A stretch of DNA of 64,000 nt, taken from the NCBI GenBank assembly GCA_963677595.1, contig OY782041.1, positions 1,664,001-1,728,000 of the forward strand. Direction: 5' to 3'. Positions 17,298 through 26,566 of the stretch are shown here, in pieces; the first letter of the stretch is position 1; each line of letters opens with the position of its first letter. The notes below the pieces were generated by a model. The model made no database searches. It saw only the letters and a list, made by a program, of their open reading frames with translations, and was not told where the DNA came from. Made by a program: the position numbers and the translations under genes. This DNA comes from Spirochaetia bacterium (GTDB lineage: Bacteria; Spirochaetota; Spirochaetia; CAKZLE01).

Positions 17298-18020
17298 ATG
17301 AAAGGTATGTTTGCGGTCAACGGGAAACGTCTCTCCTCTGTCGAGATCGTGGTGGAGAAGATCAAGGAACTGCTGATCAAACAGAAACTCAAACCCGGCG
17401 ACATGATCCCGAGCGAGATGGTCCTGGCGGAAAACCTGCAGGTGAGCCGCAGTTCCGTCCGTGAGGCGGTGAAGATCCTCTCGGCCTATGGGATCATCGA
17501 GATCCGCAGGGGCTCAGGCACCTTCATCTCCACGGCCTCGAACAAGCGGCTCTTCGACCCGCACCTCTTCCAGATCCTCGTGCAGGAGCGCGACTACCAC
17601 TCCCTGACCCAGGTCAGGGACCTCCTCGAGGAGGGAGTCGTCCAGCTCGTGGTCGAGAATGCCGATGAGGAGGACTTTATCCTCCTTGAGGATGCCATGC
17701 AGGAACTGCTCGGCGAACTGAATAAGAAAGACATCTCACGGGAGAAGGCGAACCAGTACGACCTGCAGTACCACCAGCTGCTCGGCAAGTTCTCCCATAA
17801 CCCCATCGTGGAGAACATCTACAACTTCATCATCGAACTCTTCGCCCCGACGATCAACCCGATCCATGAGGGCGTCTATGAAGCCCATAAGAACCTGCAC
17901 CAGGCCATCATGGATCGGGATGCCAACAAAGCAGTCGAATGCGTAAAGTACCATACCAGCATATGGATAGCATCCCACAGCTTCGAATTCATGAACGGGG
18001 AGAGCAAGAAAGAAGAATAA
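17298..18020 (+). CDS. FadR/GntR-family transcriptional regulator
   Basis: 'LKPGDMIPSE..LAE.LQVSRSSVREA' winged HTH plus FCD domain. Confidence 0.93.
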   Translation: MKGMFAVNGKRLSSVEIVVEKIKELLIKQKLKPGDMIPSEMVLAENLQVSRSSVREAVKILSAYGIIEIRRGSGTFISTASNKRLFDPHLFQILVQERDYHSLTQVRDLLEEGVVQLVVENADEEDFILLEDAMQELLGELNKKDISREKANQYDLQYHQLLGKFSHNPIVENIYNFIIELFAPTINPIHEGVYEAHKNLHQAIMDRDANKAVECVKYHTSIWIASHSFEFMNGESKKEE

Positions 18021-18092
18021 CGAGTATTTCATACTCATATATCTAGACAAACAGGAGATTATGAGTATACTCATTGTACAGTTCAATCAATC

Positions 18093-18164
18093 GGGCGATT
18101 AACTCAGTGGGAGAGTGCTACCTTGACATGGTAGAAGTCACAAGTTCAAATCTTGTATCGCCCA
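18093..18164 (+). tRNA. tRNA-Val (GAC)
   Basis: Acceptor stem GGGCGAT/ATCGCCC; D-arm; anticodon arm CTACC-TT GAC AT-GGTAG; T-loop GTTCAAATC; CCA not encoded. Confidence 0.95.
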
Positions 18165-18170
18165 TCTTAG

Positions 18171-18203
18171 AAGGTCATTTCCTAAAAGGGATGACCTTTT
18201 TTT
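18171..18203 (+). terminator. Terminator after the tRNA
   Basis: AAGGTCAT..ATGACCTT stem followed by a T-run. Confidence 0.75.
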
Positions 18204-18865
18204 GGGCTCAACATAATTTTGATCGGTATGCTGATGGGGTGCTTGACGATAGAATGTGAGCCTGAGGTTGAGGCGCCGGAACTCTCGGTGGAGCGATTGG
18301 CATTCCCAATTGGTAACTTCATCGCTGAACCCCGACTGAAGTCGATTTGATCTATAACCTCTAGGTCCTTGGGTGGTATATAGCGCGGTTGGAAGCCTAT
18401 ATTGATTTACTGGAGCATGTGCGCAACGAAAAGCTGTATTAAACACACCTATTACTGAATACCTACACATGTTTAGTTTCCTTATCGATAGGGCATATGG
18501 TATGATATTCATATTCTGATAGCTGAGCTCATAGTGGTACGTTTTAGATTCTTCAGAGATGAGTAGAGAGTAAAAGAATGGAATCACTTTGAGGTATCAT
18601 TTGCGATTGGGGGAATAATGGTTGATTTATGCTCTTTTCCATCACTTCCAAGTTATCAGGATTACTATGAAATAACTTATAAGGAACTTGATTCCCGAAT
18701 AAAGTACTTAGAGAATAGCTTAGAAAACATGCCCAAAACAGCTGAGGAACGAGCAAATCTAGGTGTTGCATATTTCTTTTTGATTGCGGTTATCGTATCT
18801 CTAGCCTTCATAGTGAATCTGGGTTTAGGTGTTCTTGTTTTAGTGGTTGGTATTGTTGTTTTTAT

Positions 18866-19430
18866 TGAGTCTTGGAAAACCACCGCCTATGGCGGTGGTC
18901 ATGGAATGAAGGCTACGCCGTAAGAAAAGTGTGATATGATAAGGCATGTCCAAGTGGAAGAAACAGTCGCATGTAGTATATCAGTGTATTTACCATATCG
19001 TATGGTGTCCAAAGTACCGGTTTCGGGTACTGAAAGGTGCTATAGAGAGTTATGTAGAACACCGGATACGAGAACTGTGTGAATGGAAGCAGATAGAGAT
19101 ATTGGAACTGAACGTGATGGAAGATCACGTACATATGGTGGTAATCGTACCACCAAAAATATCGTTATCAGAAATGATGGGCATGCTGAAAGGGAAAACA
19201 GCAATCAGCTTGTTTAAGAGTTTTCCAAAGTTTAAAGAGAAGCCGTATTGGGGAAACCACTTCTGGAGTCGCGGGTATGCTGTTACGACGCTCGGGTTGG
19301 ATGAAGATAAGATACGACGATATATGAAGTATCAAGAAGAGAATGAGCGACTCGAAGAAGCTCAGCAGGAAGAATTCGGCCTCTTTTAGAGGCCTAATAC
19401 AAGCCACCTCCTCTGGGGGTGGTTGTTGAC
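18866..19430 (+). mobile_element. IS200/IS605-family element (tnpA only)
   Basis: Subterminal hairpins ACCACCGCC-tat-GGCGGTGGT (18879-18899) and GCCACCTCC-tct-GGGGGTGGT (19403-19423); no target duplication; follows TTTAT. Confidence 0.8.
18946..19389 (+). CDS. tnpA: IS200/IS605 Y1 transposase
   Basis: 'YHIVWCPKYR', HUH motif 'DHVH', 'FWSRGY', catalytic helix 'IRRYMKYQ'. Confidence 0.95.
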   Translation: MSKWKKQSHVVYQCIYHIVWCPKYRFRVLKGAIESYVEHRIRELCEWKQIEILELNVMEDHVHMVVIVPPKISLSEMMGMLKGKTAISLFKSFPKFKEKPYWGNHFWSRGYAVTTLGLDEDKIRRYMKYQEENERLEEAQQEEFGLF

Positions 19431-19696
19431 TGCTACAAGAAGCATGCAATAATGTTCAAGGAACAGTTTTAAATCCCACATTCCTCACTTTCATGACGCA
19501 CACATAGCAGGATTTTCCATTTCAGGAAAGGATTGAGACTACGAAGGGCTATTCATCCTTACCGATCCTCCACACGGCATAAAAATCGGCAAATCCGCCT
19601 GGTTGCTACCCCGTCTGAACAGACATGCTGATGATCAGGACAGTAACCAGCCTTCTCATAGGTTCTGAGGATCAGACGCAGGTACACCTACGAAGT

Positions 19697-20512
19697 TCAT
19701 GCATGCAGAGAGGTCAGGACACACCTCACCCCCTTGTCGTAGAATACGCGTTCATCAAGACCCAATGCAGACAGGAAGGCCAACTGACGGGAAGAGAGCG
19801 GATTTACCAGCACCGCTTCTGCTCCCATCTCTGCCGCCATGATACCGCCAAACACGGTACTCATCATGAATGAAGTCGGCTTTGCCGTCGGTTTGTTGTC
19901 CCAGCCTGGTACCGTAGTACCTTCCTTCTGGAGATACCGCCGCATCTGCCGCTCCATCAACCGCCAGACCATCAGGGCGATCACGAGAATCATCCCCAAT
20001 GCATCTATGCGGGAAGGGGTTTTCAGAAACAGGTCATTGACTACCAGGGGATCCTTGAGGAATGAAAAATCACTCTCGATCCCATACTGGCCTTTGTACG
20101 TACGCAGTACCGATGCGGCATCAAGCGATGCAACAGCAACATTGGTAAGCAGCACAAAACATCCTGCCTGCTCTCTGAGCACCTGCAGCTTGTCCGACTT
20201 TTCGGTGATCTCCCAGTTCAACTCATACCGCAGATCTACAGGCGGCGGACCCTCCTTCGGGGGACGTCCACGACGCCGAACCGCCACTTCTTGGATCGTA
20301 ACCGTTAACGAGTGCAGCGGGGAAGAGACCGCAGCGAGGTTGGCAGCAGCAACCTGCGCATCTTCGCTGCAGTAATACTGTCGCTGAACTTTCTTCAATT
20401 TCCCGTTCAGCTCCTTCAACGATTGCTCAATCGCTTTGTCAATCTTCTTCTGCCTTCGCTTATCATGGGAACTCGAATGTATCACGACCCCGCGATAGGG
20501 CTTTTCATACAA
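19697..20512 (-). pseudogene. IS1634 transposase, 3' half of the outer copy
   Basis: Translation matches the C-terminal part of the 567-aa transposase from 'LYEKPY' onward. Confidence 0.9.
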
Positions 20513-20734
20513 CCCACATTCCTCACTTTCATGACGCACACATAGCAGGATTTTCCATTTCAGGAAAGGATTGAGACTACGAAGGGCTATTCATCCTTAC
20601 CGATCCTCCACACGGCATAAAAATCGGCAAATCCGCCTGGTTGCTACCCCGTCTGAACAGACATGCTGATGATCAGGACAGTAACCAGCCTTCTCATAGG
20701 TTCTGAGGATCAGACGCAGGTACACCTACGAAGT

Positions 20735-22438
20735 TCATGCATGCAGAGAGGTCAGGACACACCTCACCCCCTTGTCGTAGAATACGCGTTCATCAAGACC
20801 CAATGCAGACAGGAAGGCCAACTGACGGGAAGAGAGCGGATTTACCAGCACCGCTTCTGCTCCCATCTCTGCCGCCATGATACCGCCAAACACGGTACTC
20901 ATCATGAATGAAGTCGGCTTTGCCGTCGGTTTGTTGTCCCAGCCTGGTACCGTAGTACCTTCCTTCTGGAGATACCGCCGCATCTGCCGCTCCATCAACC
21001 GCCAGACCATCAGGGCGATCACGAGAATCATCCCCAATGCATCTATGCGGGAAGGGGTTTTCAGAAACAGGTCATTGACTACCAGGGGATCCTTGAGGAA
21101 TGAAAAATCACTCTCGATCCCATACTGGCCTTTGTACGTACGCAGTACCGATGCGGCATCAAGCGATGCAACAGCAACATTGGTAAGCAGCACAAAACAT
21201 CCTGCCTGCTCTCTGAGCACCTGCAGCTTGTCCGACTTTTCGGTGATCTCCCAGTTCAACTCATACCGCAGATCTACAGGCGGCGGACCCTCCTTCGGGG
21301 GACGTCCACGACGCCGAACCGCCACTTCTTGGATCGTAACCGTTAACGAGTGCAGCGGGGAAGAGACCGCAGCGAGGTTGGCAGCAGCAACCTGCGCATC
21401 TTCGCTGCAGTAATACTGTCGCTGAACTTTCTTCAATTTCCCGTTCAGCTCCTTCAACGATTGCTCAATCGCTTTGTCAATCTTCTTCTGCCTTCGCTTA
21501 TCATGGGAACTCGAATGTATCACGACCCCGCGATAGGGCTTTTCATACAACGTTACCGTCGTCTCGCACCCCTTATAGATCGCAGGAGGCCGGTTCTTCC
21601 CTGTTGGTGTTTCAGCCATCATGCCTATGGGACTCCAGCGACCCGCTCCGATCGCTTCCCTTATTGCCTGGTCACATGCGCCGTAGGTTGCCGGAAGACG
21701 GCTGATGAATGGCATCGACCCTAAAGCCTCCAGATTCTCCTGCGTCACCATGGCCGAGTCTGCAACATAGATACAGGCCCCATCTCCCAACCCATGTCGG
21801 GAGAGCAGTGTACTGATCCGTGTGAGCATCGCATTGTTAGACGTCTTGTCTGAGGAGTTCCCATTGAGGGTACTGCTGAAGATTGGGACCCCATGATCCA
21901 CGCACAGTAACTCCGTCATGAACTGCTTGAGATCCGGTCGGTGATCCTTGGAGTGCCCCAGGACGATCGAAGGCCCCGGGGTCTTTTCCTGCTCACTCCC
22001 CCGGTATTCCCCCCAGACACTCGTACTGGTAGTATCGTAACTGAGGGCATGCATATCCAGATCGAAGACCTGTGCTGCCCGAATCCCCAGTTCGGTCACA
22101 ATCTTCGATGGGCCGGCATCGAAGATCGCATCCAGGGACCGAGCTATGTTCGTGTCATTGAACAGATGCGGATCTACCTCCTGTCCCAGCAATAGGCTGC
22201 GGTTCTGCTGCTCGATGAACTGCTCGATCCGATACAGCGGCGACCGTCCATGCAGGACATCGAGCACCATCGTCTGTACCACGAGCCCCGGAGATAGCTG
22301 CATACGGGTCTCCACCGCCGCATCCACGATGTCTCTCAACCCGAGCATGCGGCAGTAGGCCGCCGCAATGGGCAGGTAGGAATGGGTATAGATTCTGGTA
22401 TGCTGAAACAGGGTTGAAAGGGGCGGAGTACTGGCCAT
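20735..22438 (-). CDS. IS1634-family DDE transposase
   Basis: 'YDTTS', 'GHSKDHRPDLKQ', 'VADS', 'YKGQYGIESDFSFLK'. Confidence 0.93.
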   Translation of the reverse strand: MASTPPLSTLFQHTRIYTHSYLPIAAAYCRMLGLRDIVDAAVETRMQLSPGLVVQTMVLDVLHGRSPLYRIEQFIEQQNRSLLLGQEVDPHLFNDTNIARSLDAIFDAGPSKIVTELGIRAAQVFDLDMHALSYDTTSTSVWGEYRGSEQEKTPGPSIVLGHSKDHRPDLKQFMTELLCVDHGVPIFSSTLNGNSSDKTSNNAMLTRISTLLSRHGLGDGACIYVADSAMVTQENLEALGSMPFISRLPATYGACDQAIREAIGAGRWSPIGMMAETPTGKNRPPAIYKGCETTVTLYEKPYRGVVIHSSSHDKRRQKKIDKAIEQSLKELNGKLKKVQRQYYCSEDAQVAAANLAAVSSPLHSLTVTIQEVAVRRRGRPPKEGPPPVDLRYELNWEITEKSDKLQVLREQAGCFVLLTNVAVASLDAASVLRTYKGQYGIESDFSFLKDPLVVNDLFLKTPSRIDALGMILVIALMVWRLMERQMRRYLQKEGTTVPGWDNKPTAKPTSFMMSTVFGGIMAAEMGAEAVLVNPLSSRQLAFLSALGLDERVFYDKGVRCVLTSLHA

Positions 22439-22469
22439 CGGTATCCTCCTGTAGCGGTCGTGGAAACAG

Positions 22470-22528
22470 GACTTGACTGATCACTGAACCTACTGTATTA
22501 TACAGTAGGACAAGAGAGGAGTCAAGTC
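22470..22528. promoter_or_regulatory. Symmetric bidirectional sigma70 promoter inside IS1634 (also present in the other two copies)
   Basis: Plus strand TTGACT(22473)-17 bp-TATTAT; minus strand TTGACT-17 bp-TATAAT; both -10 boxes fall in the palindrome CCTACTGTA-tta-TACAGTAGG. Confidence 0.8.
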
Positions 22529-22891
22529 ATGACCACCGAGACGGCACAGAAGCGCCTTCAGGTACTTCGCCGCAAACAGCAGGAACTCGCCAAGGAACTG
22601 AGCACGATCGAATTTATCTGGTCAGGATCCATCTCCAAACGGTTTCTTACCTGCGGGAACCCCTCGTGCAAGTGTCATACAGACACTGAGGCCAAGCATG
22701 GACCGTATTACTATTGGACGACCAAAAAGGGCGGGAAGACCGTAGCCAGGAAGCTCACAGAGCAGCAGGCTGAGGTCCTCCAACCATGGATTGAGAACAG
22801 GAGAACCCTGGAGAAGACGATGAATGCCATGAAGAAGCTCTCTCAGGATGCGTATGAAGCCATTTTGGTCCTCTTGGACGATGAAGGGTAG
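22529..22891 (+). CDS. IS-borne Cys/His-motif accessory protein (DUF6788-like)
   Basis: RBS GAGGAG; coiled-coil N-terminus; 'GS....CGNPSCKC......HGPYYYW'. Confidence 0.8.
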   Translation: MTTETAQKRLQVLRRKQQELAKELSTIEFIWSGSISKRFLTCGNPSCKCHTDTEAKHGPYYYWTTKKGGKTVARKLTEQQAEVLQPWIENRRTLEKTMNAMKKLSQDAYEAILVLLDDEG

Positions 22892-22961
22892 CGCTTTTTA
22901 AACCGATTTTAGCCCGAAATTAAATACCCGTTTTTTGCTGAGAAATAGTGAGGAATGTGGG

Positions 22962-23855
22962 ATACAACGTTACCGTCGTCTCGCACCCCTTATAGATCGC
23001 AGGAGGCCGGTTCTTCCCTGTTGGTGTTTCAGCCATCATGCCTATGGGACTCCAGCGACCCGCTCCGATCGCTTCCCTTATTGCCTGGTCACATGCGCCG
23101 TAGGTTGCCGGAAGACGGCTGATGAATGGCATCGACCCTAAAGCCTCCAGATTCTCCTGCGTCACCATGGCCGAGTCTGCAACATAGATACAGGCCCCAT
23201 CTCCCAACCCATGTCGGGAGAGCAGTGTACTGATCCGTGTGAGCATCGCATTGTTAGACGTCTTGTCTGAGGAGTTCCCATTGAGGGTACTGCTGAAGAT
23301 TGGGACCCCATGATCCACGCACAGTAACTCCGTCATGAACTGCTTGAGATCCGGTCGGTGATCCTTGGAGTGCCCCAGGACGATCGAAGGCCCCGGGGTC
23401 TTTTCCTGCTCACTCCCCCGGTATTCCCCCCAGACACTCGTACTGGTAGTATCGTAACTGAGGGCATGCATATCCAGATCGAAGACCTGTGCTGCCCGAA
23501 TCCCCAGTTCGGTCACAATCTTCGATGGGCCGGCATCGAAGATCGCATCCAGGGACCGAGCTATGTTCGTGTCATTGAACAGATGCGGATCTACCTCCTG
23601 TCCCAGCAATAGGCTGCGGTTCTGCTGCTCGATGAACTGCTCGATCCGATACAGCGGCGACCGTCCATGCAGGACATCGAGCACCATCGTCTGTACCACG
23701 AGCCCCGGAGATAGCTGCATACGGGTCTCCACCGCCGCATCCACGATGTCTCTCAACCCGAGCATGCGGCAGTAGGCCGCCGCAATGGGCAGGTAGGAAT
23801 GGGTATAGATTCTGGTATGCTGAAACAGGGTTGAAAGGGGCGGAGTACTGGCCAT
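22962..23855 (-). pseudogene. IS1634 transposase, 5' half of the outer copy
   Basis: Translation matches the N-terminal part of the 567-aa transposase up to 'TVTLY'. Confidence 0.9.
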
Positions 23856-23945
23856 CGGTATCCTCCTGTAGCGGTCGTGGAAACAGGACTTGACTGATCA
23901 CTGAACCTACTGTATTATACAGTAGGACAAGAGAGGAGTCAAGTC

Positions 23946-24308
23946 ATGACCACCGAGACGGCACAGAAGCGCCTTCAGGTACTTCGCCGCAAACAGCAGG
24001 AACTCGCCAAGGAACTGAGCACGATCGAATTTATCTGGTCAGGATCCATCTCCAAACGGTTTCTTACCTGCGGGAACCCCTCGTGCAAGTGTCATACAGA
24101 CACTGAGGCCAAGCATGGACCGTATTACTATTGGACGACCAAAAAGGGCGGGAAGACCGTAGCCAGGAAGCTCACAGAGCAGCAGGCTGAGGTCCTCCAA
24201 CCATGGATTGAGAACAGGAGAACCCTGGAGAAGACGATGAATGCCATGAAGAAGCTCTCTCAGGATGCGTATGAAGCCATTTTGGTCCTCTTGGACGATG
24301 AAGGGTAG
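23946..24308 (+). CDS. IS-borne DUF6788-like protein (outer copy)
   Basis: Protein identical to 22529..22891. Confidence 0.8.
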   Translation: MTTETAQKRLQVLRRKQQELAKELSTIEFIWSGSISKRFLTCGNPSCKCHTDTEAKHGPYYYWTTKKGGKTVARKLTEQQAEVLQPWIENRRTLEKTMNAMKKLSQDAYEAILVLLDDEG

Positions 24309-24445
24309 CGCTTTTTAAACCGATTTTAGCCCGAAATTAAATACCCGTTTTTTGCTGAGAAATAGTGAGGAATGTGGGTTAAATGTAGGTCCATATTTGA
24401 AAAATTTGCATTATCAGAATTTAAAGTTTGTAAAAGGAGTAAACA

Positions 24446-25723
24446 ATGGAGTTCTATCTGGAAATAATAAATGACAAAGTAATCGAGGTTTATTCTGAAG
24501 AAAATGGTGATGAACTTATTAAAATAACTTGTGAATCTGTTGATGAGTTTTATGAAAAAGTTAGTGGGTATGAAATTAATGAAGATTTTGATGAAAAAAT
24601 TAAAGAATTTTTTGAAGATTCAAGAAATAATGAATCATTAAACCGTTTTCATATAAAGCATTGGGTAAGTAATCGATCATTTGGAGAGTTAATCGATATG
24701 TATGAGCATGATGAAATTATTAAACCTGAAATGCAAAGAGATTTTGTATGGACTTCTCTTAAGTGTTCAAGGTTAATTGAATCTATTATTCTAGGTTTAC
24801 CTATACCTCCATTGTTTTTAATGGAAGTAGATAAAAATCAGTATGAACTTGTAGATGGATATCAAAGATTAACAACAGTGTTTAACTATGTGAAGGGTAA
24901 TCCTTGGGGAGGAAAAAAAGATAAACGAAATGTCAAGGCTAAATTATCTTCAAAGGTTTCTGTTGAATTGCAAAAAAAGGCTTTTGAAGATCTAGAACCT
25001 GAACATCAAAAAGCTATTAGAAGAAGTACTATTCCATTGATAGAATTTAAGCAGTTAGAACCAAATAACCTGTCATCTAAATACCTCATTTTTGAAAGAA
25101 TAAACACTGGGTCTGATAAGTTAAATCAAATGCAGATTAGGAAATCATTAGCATATGGAGAACTAATAAAAAGTCTATATTCAGTTGCAAATAAAAGTAG
25201 CGAATTTACTAAGTTGTTTTCTGCTGGAAACCTGAAAAAGGATGTACACGTAGAAGCTTATTTAAGAATATTATGTATGACTGATATTTATTATAAAAAA
25301 TATAAACCAGAGAAATATGGTATCAATTATGTACTCAATGATTATTGCGAAGTTTTTAGAAAAAAGGAGATTACAGATGAAAGAAAGGCTAAGATTAAAG
25401 AGGCTCTAACTTTTGCGTATTCTGTTTTTAATAAACCTGAAGAAATATTTAGGAAAGTTGATATGATTAAAGGACAAAGAAGATTTATCGGGAACTTAAA
25501 TATTAGCATTTTAGAGGCTTTTATTGGAGTATATATTGAAGAAAAAAACAAAATCACAATTAGAGTGGAAGAAATTTACATGAATTATATTTCTATTATG
25601 AGTGGGATTTCAACAAAAGAAAAGCAAGAAGGGGAAGAGAACTTTTTTACAACTCATACAGGAACTGAGAAAGCAATTACCAAAAGGTATGATTCAATAA
25701 AAAAAATCTTTGGGATTAATTAA
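24446..25723 (+). CDS. DUF262 (GmrSD N-terminal/ParB-like) protein
   Basis: 'QRDFVW', 'LVDGYQRL', 'IFERIN'; very AT-rich; RBS AAGGAG. Confidence 0.9.
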   Translation: MEFYLEIINDKVIEVYSEENGDELIKITCESVDEFYEKVSGYEINEDFDEKIKEFFEDSRNNESLNRFHIKHWVSNRSFGELIDMYEHDEIIKPEMQRDFVWTSLKCSRLIESIILGLPIPPLFLMEVDKNQYELVDGYQRLTTVFNYVKGNPWGGKKDKRNVKAKLSSKVSVELQKKAFEDLEPEHQKAIRRSTIPLIEFKQLEPNNLSSKYLIFERINTGSDKLNQMQIRKSLAYGELIKSLYSVANKSSEFTKLFSAGNLKKDVHVEAYLRILCMTDIYYKKYKPEKYGINYVLNDYCEVFRKKEITDERKAKIKEALTFAYSVFNKPEEIFRKVDMIKGQRRFIGNLNISILEAFIGVYIEEKNKITIRVEEIYMNYISIMSGISTKEKQEGEENFFTTHTGTEKAITKRYDSIKKIFGIN

Positions 25724-26566
25724 TGGAGATATTTGAATTTGATTGTGATGTAAGATTTGAAGCTTTGTTAGATATTTATTCTCAAGTTAAGAAAATTAAA
25801 AATAGTAGGGCAGAAGATATTGCTCAATATAGAATACTTGCAGAAAACACTGAATTAGACCTACCAACTATACTAAACTGTTGTGATAATTATGAACGCT
25901 CTTTATTAATCGAATGCTATACTTTTGCTGAACAATTATTTAAAAATTTTTATTATGAATTATTGGATTTTGAAAGAAATAACAATAAGTATCTGAGATT
26001 GTTTATTCAAAGAAAAATTCCAAGGGATAAATTTTCTCCCGATGTTTTTTTTGCTAATATTGAAGGGTCAATAAGAAGCCACATTTTGCATGGATTTAAA
26101 TTCATTTTGAAAGATCAGAACCATGAAATAAAAGTTTATGATGAAATGATTAAATCTAGGCATCGATATGCACATAGTGGAGTTTATGATTTTGATTTTA
26201 ATAATTTTGAAGACGTAGTTAAAGTGTTAGATTATATTCGATTTGAGTTAGAACTAATAACAAATAAATGGAACAATGCAAATAGAGATGAATTTGGTAA
26301 AGACATAAAGGATCTAGTTCGATTACTAAATAAGTGTCCTGATGTAGAAGAAAAGTATATAAAGAATATACGTCCAAAATTAAAATGTATTAAGAGTGAA
26401 AGTATTGCATTTTTGAAGAGTGAGCATCAAACCGCATACACTGAAGACACAATCAAAGAGATGCTATAATCTGCGAGGTGAAGATACAGCCATTACCGTA
26501 TCCTGCCACACCTAGCAGGACACGAACCAATGGTTGGGACTATGGTGATGATCTTCTGGGAGCCTA

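Larger units (their letters stand above)
18618..19452 (+). pseudogene. Small two-TM membrane protein, interrupted near its 3' end by IS200 (about 89 aa rebuilt)
   Basis: Removing 18866..19430 joins '...GIVVF' in frame to 'IATRSMQ*' (stop 19450-19452). Confidence 0.55.
20513..22961 (-). mobile_element. IS1634-family element (inner, intact copy; 2449 bp)
   Basis: Same terminal IRs; target duplication ATACAA (20507-12 and 22962-67). Confidence 0.95.
19475..24378 (-). mobile_element. IS1634-family element (outer copy), interrupted by a second copy of itself
   Basis: 15-bp terminal IRs CCCACATTCCTCACT/AGTGAGGAATGTGGG; 6-bp target duplication TTAAAT (19469-74 and 24379-84); 2449 bp once the inner copy is removed. 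Confidence 0.95.

Noticed and set aside
18138-18587. 149-aa minus-strand ORF
   Set aside because: Overlaps the tRNA antisense and shows no recognisable motif
18866-19430. TnpB/omegaRNA system in the IS200/IS605 element
   Set aside because: The right-end hairpin follows tnpA directly, leaving no room for tnpB; the IS66 'tnpB' is an unrelated protein
22489-22509. LexA (SOS) box in the IS1634 palindrome
   Set aside because: The CTGT-ACAG spacer is 5 nt rather than 8; overlapping -10 boxes explain it better
19625-23901. Repeated small ORFs (82, 178, 124, 84, 70 and 109 aa) in IS1634
   Set aside because: They recur only because the IS is repeated; they overlap the transposase and have no motifs
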